Virus record (IMG/VR): IMGVR_UViG_3300042896_000648
Location: 1 to 64,000 of that record
Strand: one strand, 5' to 3'
DNA: 64,000 nucleotides
From: a virus
In this document: one piece after another, positions 58,646-64,000 of the stretch
How positions within the stretch are numbered: position 1 is the stretch's first letter
Layout: each line of letters begins with the position of its first letter
Notes under the pieces: model-generated
Seen by the model: the letters and a program-made list of their open reading frames with translations, nothing else
Told to the model about the DNA's origin: nothing
The model's database searches: none
Made by a program: the position numbers and the translations under genes

Positions 58646-58921
58646 TCATTTTTTTAGTTGTATACTATCTTCTTTTATTTTTCTCTTCAATAAATTAAAT
58701 TTACGTTCTAAATTCCTATGATGCTTCAATAGCTGTTGCTCTCTTAATTTTTCTTTAAATATTGTACTCTCTAGTCTTTCTTGGCTCAATTCTGCTTGGC
58801 GATATAGTTTTTTAATCGAATCGTCCGTTACCGTAATATTTATCTTTGAATGTCCTTCTTTTTTTGGCCATACAATCAATGTAGCCATTGTTAATATAAG
58901 TGCAACGTCTATGTATTTCAT
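58646..58921 (-). CDS. membrane-anchored coiled-coil protein (spanin-like?)
   Basis: N-terminal TM segment plus coiled coil; near the endolysin. Confidence 0.4.
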   Translation of the reverse strand: MKYIDVALILTMATLIVWPKKEGHSKINITVTDDSIKKLYRQAELSQERLESTIFKEKLREQQLLKHHRNLERKFNLLKRKIKEDSIQLKK

Positions 58922-59166
58922 CTCTTAATTAGGCTATCCAACTTATTGTTGGCATCAATTCTAGTCTTTAATATCAGATAGGTATTCTCCTTCTCTTCTA
59001 GTTTTTCAATGAATAAGTCCTTCTTATCCATTTCAAGCTTTAGGTATTCTTGGCTTTTATAAATAAACCCCATTAATGAGGTAAATAATATTGAAATAGC
59101 CAATACTAATTGCCAGTTCCATTGGCCTACATTAATTATACCTTTGTTGGTATTTGTATCGTTCAT
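58918..59166 (-). CDS. single-TM protein (holin-like?)
   Basis: One TM segment plus coiled tail; TATATTTG promoters upstream. Confidence 0.4.
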   Translation of the reverse strand: MNDTNTNKGIINVGQWNWQLVLAISILFTSLMGFIYKSQEYLKLEMDKKDLFIEKLEEKENTYLILKTRIDANNKLDSLIKR

Positions 59167-59292
59167 TATTATTCGTGGTTCAGTTATGCAAATATACTTA
59201 CTAATAATAACAAATCTTACTCAAATATAAGAAATTTTCCGTATATTATACTAATTTAATTTTTATTTATATTAACTAGGTTATTCGGTATA

Positions 59293-61152
59293 TTAAGTCA
59301 GCCATGAACTGCCGTTAAAAAAAACTTGACAAGTTACTGCCCCTCCTCCTACTGCTATTCCTAAATATGTTGGTGTTAAGGCATCGGTTACGTAGGCTAT
59401 CGAGCCGGTTATTCCTACAGGAAGTGTTGCTACGGTATATCCCCTTAGCGTTACTTGGCCTCTTAATATTGTTTGAGTTACATTCGCATCGCCTATTACT
59501 ACTTGGTTACTTGCGGTAGTATAAGTATTTGCTCCTATTGCTATAGAGTTACTTACCCCTGTTGATTGAGATACATGATACCCTGCATATTTTCCTACAA
59601 ATACATTGTCCGCTCCTGCTAATATATTATATCCCGAAAAACTACCAATAGCAGTATTATTAGACGCTGTGGTTAACCCCAATGAATTAAAACCTACAGA
59701 AGTACTATTATTTCCTGAAACAGCAGTTTGATAAGCTAATGAGCCTATTGCTGTGTTTTGAAATCCTGTACTTAAAGTTCCTGCTCTATCCCCTAATCCT
59801 GTATTATTTGATTGTGTAGTTACACTTGTAAATGATTTATACCCAATTGTTGTAGTAGATGCAGCTGTAGTTATATTTTTAGCTGCCTCTAATCCAATTG
59901 CTATATTTTGTAAACCTGTAGTATTTAAACTTAATGCACTATTACCTATTGCTATATTACTTGCTCCAGTAACCATAGCAAGTGCTGTGCCTGTTCCGCT
60001 TCCTGCACCTGATGCAACGAAGTATGTTCCTATAGTATTATTGGCTGAACCGATTAGAGTAAAGTTAGTAGTTCCTGCACTTATTATCCGATAGGTTGTT
60101 CCTACTACGAAACTTCCTGCGTTAGTGTTAGTTATGTTACCTAGTGCTAAATATCCAACTCCTAAGTTATTTGAAGCTAAATTATTATATAGCGAGTAGT
60201 TTCCTGTCGATGTATTATAATTACCTGATATATTTAAGAGAAAAGAGTTTGCTCCATTGGCAGTATTATTAGTTCCTGTCATTGAAGTATTTCCTGAATT
60301 TATACCAGCAAAAAAGTTATTAGTACCATAGTTATGAAGGAATAAAACCCCACCCTTAGTAATATTACCACTTGTACTTGTACTTGCATCTAACTCTATA
60401 TTTCCTACTACCTTTAGCTTTGCGTTAGCGTCACTCCAAGTTCCACTTAAACTACCTAGTAAGGTTTGTCCGCTCCGTCTTATGGCATCACTTTCTAATG
60501 ATACTGTGGCGTTAGTTATTTGCGTTCCACCACTTGTTGCAAACATTTGTGCGTTATTCGCTGTCGCTGCTTGCGTTACAAGTCCGCCACCTGAATCAAA
60601 TCCTAAAGTATTAGCTATTGTTCCACTAGAAGGCGTTATGGTACTTGATACTCCGTTAATACTAGAGGTTAAAGCACTTGAACTAGCCGTTAAGCTATTC
60701 GAGTTTACTATAGGTGCGGTATCGCTTACTCCGTTCACCACACTTGTCATAGTATTTACACTACTCGATATGTCATTAGTTGTTCCACTACCACCTGATT
60801 CTTTTACTAAACTTCCGCCCGCATCAAAACCTAATGAGTAGGCTATTGTTCCCGAACTTGGTGTTAAAGTACTAGACACTCCGTTTACGCTTGATACAAG
60901 AGCGCTAGAACTAGCCGTAAGTGAGTTTGAGTTAATAATAGTCGCTGTATCACTCAAAGCATCTACTGTGCTAGTCATAGTGTTTCCACTGCTATCTAGT
61001 ACGTTTGATTCTACATTACCTCCAGGGAAGTTTACACTAAAATCAGGTCTATGACCCTTTGAGCCACCTGGTGTAATAGTTATACTTCCATCTTCTGATG
61101 TAGCTGAAAATATTTCAGGGTTATTTAGGGTTGAGTAGTCTTCGCAGATCAT
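59293..61152 (-). CDS. tail fibre / trimeric adhesin-like protein
   Basis: N.A.G..AL..N..G repeats; AGSFVVG..Y.I...GTT module; C-terminal YTVATLP....G..AYVTD. Confidence 0.75.
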   Translation of the reverse strand: MICEDYSTLNNPEIFSATSEDGSITITPGGSKGHRPDFSVNFPGGNVESNVLDSSGNTMTSTVDALSDTATIINSNSLTASSSALVSSVNGVSSTLTPSSGTIAYSLGFDAGGSLVKESGGSGTTNDISSSVNTMTSVVNGVSDTAPIVNSNSLTASSSALTSSINGVSSTITPSSGTIANTLGFDSGGGLVTQAATANNAQMFATSGGTQITNATVSLESDAIRRSGQTLLGSLSGTWSDANAKLKVVGNIELDASTSTSGNITKGGVLFLHNYGTNNFFAGINSGNTSMTGTNNTANGANSFLLNISGNYNTSTGNYSLYNNLASNNLGVGYLALGNITNTNAGSFVVGTTYRIISAGTTNFTLIGSANNTIGTYFVASGAGSGTGTALAMVTGASNIAIGNSALSLNTTGLQNIAIGLEAAKNITTAASTTTIGYKSFTSVTTQSNNTGLGDRAGTLSTGFQNTAIGSLAYQTAVSGNNSTSVGFNSLGLTTASNNTAIGSFSGYNILAGADNVFVGKYAGYHVSQSTGVSNSIAIGANTYTTASNQVVIGDANVTQTILRGQVTLRGYTVATLPVGITGSIAYVTDALTPTYLGIAVGGGAVTCQVFFNGSSWLT

Positions 61153-61216
61153 AATATCTTAAACAAGCAATAAATTATAATTTAATTTAGGTGTGTAAAT
61201 CTCTATTCCTACCATG

Positions 61217-62260
61217 TTAAAACTGTAAATTCAAGCTATCCAAATAAGATGTAATTGTATTGGCAATACCTGTATGGCTTATCAATGTGCCGGGGTGTAA
61301 ACAATCTGTATTCGTTGCAGGAACGTCTGAAGTAGCCCAAATTGTAGAAGGTGTCGCTGTTCTATCAAAAGAAGTTGCCAAATTTAAAAACTTAACATTT
61401 GGGTCTGCTGCTGCTGTTACACTCGCAGCCATTGCCGTACGGTAGGCATCTAAATTTGTATTTCTTAACGTCTGCTGTGTTGGTGTTGAACCTAAAAATA
61501 CCATTATAGCATTTGGCCAAAAAGCTTTTTTGTAAGCTATCATATTATCAATATTTGACCGATATAAAGTAGTTCCAATAGATTGACTGCTATCATTTAC
61601 CCCTAATTGATAAAATATTAATGTCGGTTCATCTACATACAATGAGCCGTAAGTCAATAAATTATTGAAACTTGTTGAAGTTTTACCGCCCCATGCTTTT
61701 TGAGTTAATCTGAATCCTTGAGCATATTTTTTTGCACACCAATCACGAACTTGAAATTGATAATAATTCCTATTTCCAATTGCATTAGCTGTAAATGCTG
61801 TGATAGAATCGCCCATCCAGTATATTTTACGAGGTGCATTAAAATTGAAGTCATTTAACATTCGAATTGCACTGAATGTGCTTCCAATTTTAACCGCAGT
61901 TCCTGCTTGGGTACTATCGGCATACAAACTCCAATTTGAGCCTAAAGGATGTATATAATTGTCGAATGAAAAACTTACTTGACAATTTTTGGGAACAAAC
62001 GCACCACTAAGAACACTTGCAACTTCACCTGTTGCATCTCCATTCATTGAGCTATATAAGGAAACTGATTCGGTAGCTGAAAGTGTTATTTTTGGATTAA
62101 TAAATAAATATGGTCCTGAATCATTTGGTGCTAATGAAAATATATTTGCTTGATTCGATGATGTAATAGTACCCGACCACGCTCCGCCTGCATTAATATT
62201 ATATCCTTCCTGCAATAATATTGTTTCTAATTTCGATTTATCGTTTACTGGAAATGCCAT
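61217..62260 (-). CDS. SGNH/GDSL hydrolase, probably virion-associated
   Basis: GDSIT, G..S, GVND, D.LHP catalytic blocks. Confidence 0.85.
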   Translation of the reverse strand: MAFPVNDKSKLETILLQEGYNINAGGAWSGTITSSNQANIFSLAPNDSGPYLFINPKITLSATESVSLYSSMNGDATGEVASVLSGAFVPKNCQVSFSFDNYIHPLGSNWSLYADSTQAGTAVKIGSTFSAIRMLNDFNFNAPRKIYWMGDSITAFTANAIGNRNYYQFQVRDWCAKKYAQGFRLTQKAWGGKTSTSFNNLLTYGSLYVDEPTLIFYQLGVNDSSQSIGTTLYRSNIDNMIAYKKAFWPNAIMVFLGSTPTQQTLRNTNLDAYRTAMAASVTAAADPNVKFLNLATSFDRTATPSTIWATSDVPATNTDCLHPGTLISHTGIANTITSYLDSLNLQF

Positions 62261-62281
62261 ATTTTATTTTAAATTTTAAAT

Positions 62282-63190
62282 TTATATTTTTACTGAAGCT
62301 TGCCACATGAGGTAGCCGTTTGGATAAAGTTTATATTCACTTGGTTGCCCTCCGTTGTTTACCGTGTCGGTCAAAACTAGAATGTTTTTAGGTATTTCTC
62401 CAACAAGTATTGAAGCTATATCACTGTAATTACTTACAGTAAGATAATAGTCTAATAGGTTATTTAATCCACCACCTGCACTTGGTAGTTCTAGTCTTGA
62501 TTCGGTAGTGTCATCAAACAACAAGTCTATAGTAGCCGTACCCGTAGTCATTACACCGTATATTACTATTACTATCTTATCTGTAACAAGGACAGGTATA
62601 GTATCAGGGTTTAATGCTACTGTATTATTTTGTACTATTGCATTTGATGATACTATAGTAGTGTCGTCAAATGTTAGTAATAGTGTTTCTGTTCCACCGC
62701 CATTTCTCTTATATAGTTCTGCATAAGAATAATAGTGGTTACTTCCTACTGCTTTCTCTGTTTCGTAGTGTAGGTGTAGTGTACCTATTGGGATATTTAA
62801 TGACCCTAATTCGCCTGCTTCAATTAGGAATTTCCCTAGTATTGTAGGTGTGGTACTTACTCCTACTGTTGTAGTTACTGTAGGTAAGGCAGATTGTACG
62901 TAGTCTTGAATGTTTACAGCCTTATAATATGGTGCGCCTACTGTCGAAAGCGTTTCAGTAAACATATAGATACTAGCATTACCCGTTTCAGGATATTTCC
63001 ATGCTACTCCTAAGTCTGCTGTCGAATCTGCGGTAAGTACTTGTCCATCAAGTCCTACTGCTAGTCTATTGGCCGCACCCGTTTCGTCACCTACTATCAA
63101 ATCCCCTAGTTCTTCTAGCGGATTCGTTAGTGGCGTAGTACAGCAATCGTCTATTATTACCGGTTGGTTATTGTTTGGTCTGTATCCCAT
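62282..63190 (-). CDS. tail fibre-related protein
   Basis: GDLIVG......RLAVG.DGQVLTADS fibre motif. Confidence 0.65.
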   Translation of the reverse strand: MGYRPNNNQPVIIDDCCTTPLTNPLEELGDLIVGDETGAANRLAVGLDGQVLTADSTADLGVAWKYPETGNASIYMFTETLSTVGAPYYKAVNIQDYVQSALPTVTTTVGVSTTPTILGKFLIEAGELGSLNIPIGTLHLHYETEKAVGSNHYYSYAELYKRNGGGTETLLLTFDDTTIVSSNAIVQNNTVALNPDTIPVLVTDKIVIVIYGVMTTGTATIDLLFDDTTESRLELPSAGGGLNNLLDYYLTVSNYSDIASILVGEIPKNILVLTDTVNNGGQPSEYKLYPNGYLMWQASVKI

Positions 63191-63199
63191 TATCTTTTA

Positions 63200-63451
63200 T
63201 TATACTACTACTGTTGAGTTTTGTAAGAATAGTGTGCCGTCAGGCCACAATCTGTATTCTGTCATAGCATCAGCTTCTTCCTCGTCTTCTTCTACTAATA
63301 TAGTTAAAGGATAAGCCTTTGGCTCTACTAATAATAAGGCCACGTGTGTTGGTACTATTTCAAAAAAAAGGTCAAATACTACTTCTTCTGTAGCTGGGTC
63401 TGAATTTTTCAGTCCTAATAAGGTTACGTCTTTATCTCCTGGGGTTTGCAT
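63200..63451 (-). CDS. hypothetical protein
   Basis: EYRLWPDG.L resembles the EYKLYPNG.L C-terminus of 62282. Confidence 0.6.
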   Translation of the reverse strand: MQTPGDKDVTLLGLKNSDPATEEVVFDLFFEIVPTHVALLLVEPKAYPLTILVEEDEEEADAMTEYRLWPDGTLFLQNSTVVV

Positions 63452-63568
63452 AATTATAGATTATTAGATTTGCGTAGTAAATTAGATTGTGTGGTTCTTT
63501 AAGGTTATGTAAAAATACTAAATATTTCTTGGTTATTTTTCAATTTTTAACTCGAATGTATTTTTAAA

Positions 63569-63606
63569 ATAAATTAAGCCAAGAAATTAATCTTGGCTTA
63601 ATTTAT
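63569..63606 (-). terminator. strong hairpin / terminator after the probable capsid gene
   Basis: 16-bp perfect stem ATAAATTAAGCCAAGA / TCTTGGCTTAATTTAT. Confidence 0.8.
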
Positions 63607-63612
63607 CAGCTA

Positions 63613-63999
63613 TTAAGCACAAACATCAGTCAAAAGTCCTGCATAGATCCCCGTCTGAGGATTATCACAGCCAACAGCAGGTCTTGTAAACAAATCCCAA
63701 CGAGCTCTGTATTGGAAGTCATAAACAGTTTCAGACAAACAAGATGCTGTACGAGCTGAAATAAATGTGTCAAACAAGAAGTTTGCAGCATCACCTCTAC
63801 AGTTACGGAAAGTCTGTGTCATTAATCCCATTGAGCGGTGGTATCCGTTTTGTCCATTAAGTGTAGACAAACGTCTGTTCCTATCCTCGTGTAAAGCAAG
63901 CCAGAACAAGGCTAGAGAGTTATCTTCTACGATAAAGAATGTACCAGGGGCAAAAACGTCATCAATAGTAGTATCTAGGTAGAAATTACCTCTTAAACC
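63613..63999 (-). CDS. probable major capsid protein, C-terminal part (5'-truncated)
   Basis: Frame open to the window end (GLRGNFYLDTTIDDVFAPG...); strong terminator follows; function is inference. Confidence 0.45.
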   Translation of the reverse strand, partial: GLRGNFYLDTTIDDVFAPGTFFIVEDNSLALFWLALHEDRNRRLSTLNGQNGYHRSMGLMTQTFRNCRGDAANFLFDTFISARTASCLSETVYDFQYRARWDLFTRPAVGCDNPQTGIYAGLLTDVCA

Positions 64000-64000
64000 A

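Noticed and set aside
1-64000. Stop-codon reassignment as in some crAss-like phages
   Set aside because: Long genes are intact in code 11; TAG and TGA end genes at sensible boundaries (48670, 50909, many ATGA overlaps); no suppressor tRNA

Overview
The window is a 64-kb slice of an AT-rich, long-tailed (siphovirus-like) dsDNA phage. Recurrent TAnnTTTG (-7) promoters, the lack of obvious Shine-Dalgarno sites and the lipoprotein signals point to a Bacteroidota host. Layout: (1) 1-3.3 kb, small genes, two HNH nucleases and a hairpin-rich possible packaging or terminus region. (2) 3.4-14.7 kb, early mini-genes with repeated promoters, including ArdA, NinB, YopX and lipoproteins, plus one reversed TerS-like gene. 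(3) 14.7-19.8 kb, replication and nucleotide genes: attenuator-like leader, DUF4373 initiator with iteron-like repeats, primase-helicase, ThyX, DNA MTase. (4) 19.8-45.5 kb, a scrambled region where tail genes, TerL, tape measure and its chaperone alternate with early-type islands (exonuclease, SSB, NinG, MTase, RlpA, MazG). (5) 45.5-64 kb, a minus-strand virion and lysis module ending in a probable major capsid gene cut by the window edge. I recognised no integrase, reverse transcriptase, DNA polymerase, portal or CRISPR. Top observations: two integron attC-like sites bracketing a 254-bp gene cassette inside the phage; an unannotated -1 frameshift product in the tail chaperone; a non-canonical tRNA-like RNA; a duplicated divergent promoter module; several structured non-coding elements. 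All calls come from motif reading by eye; no database search was run.
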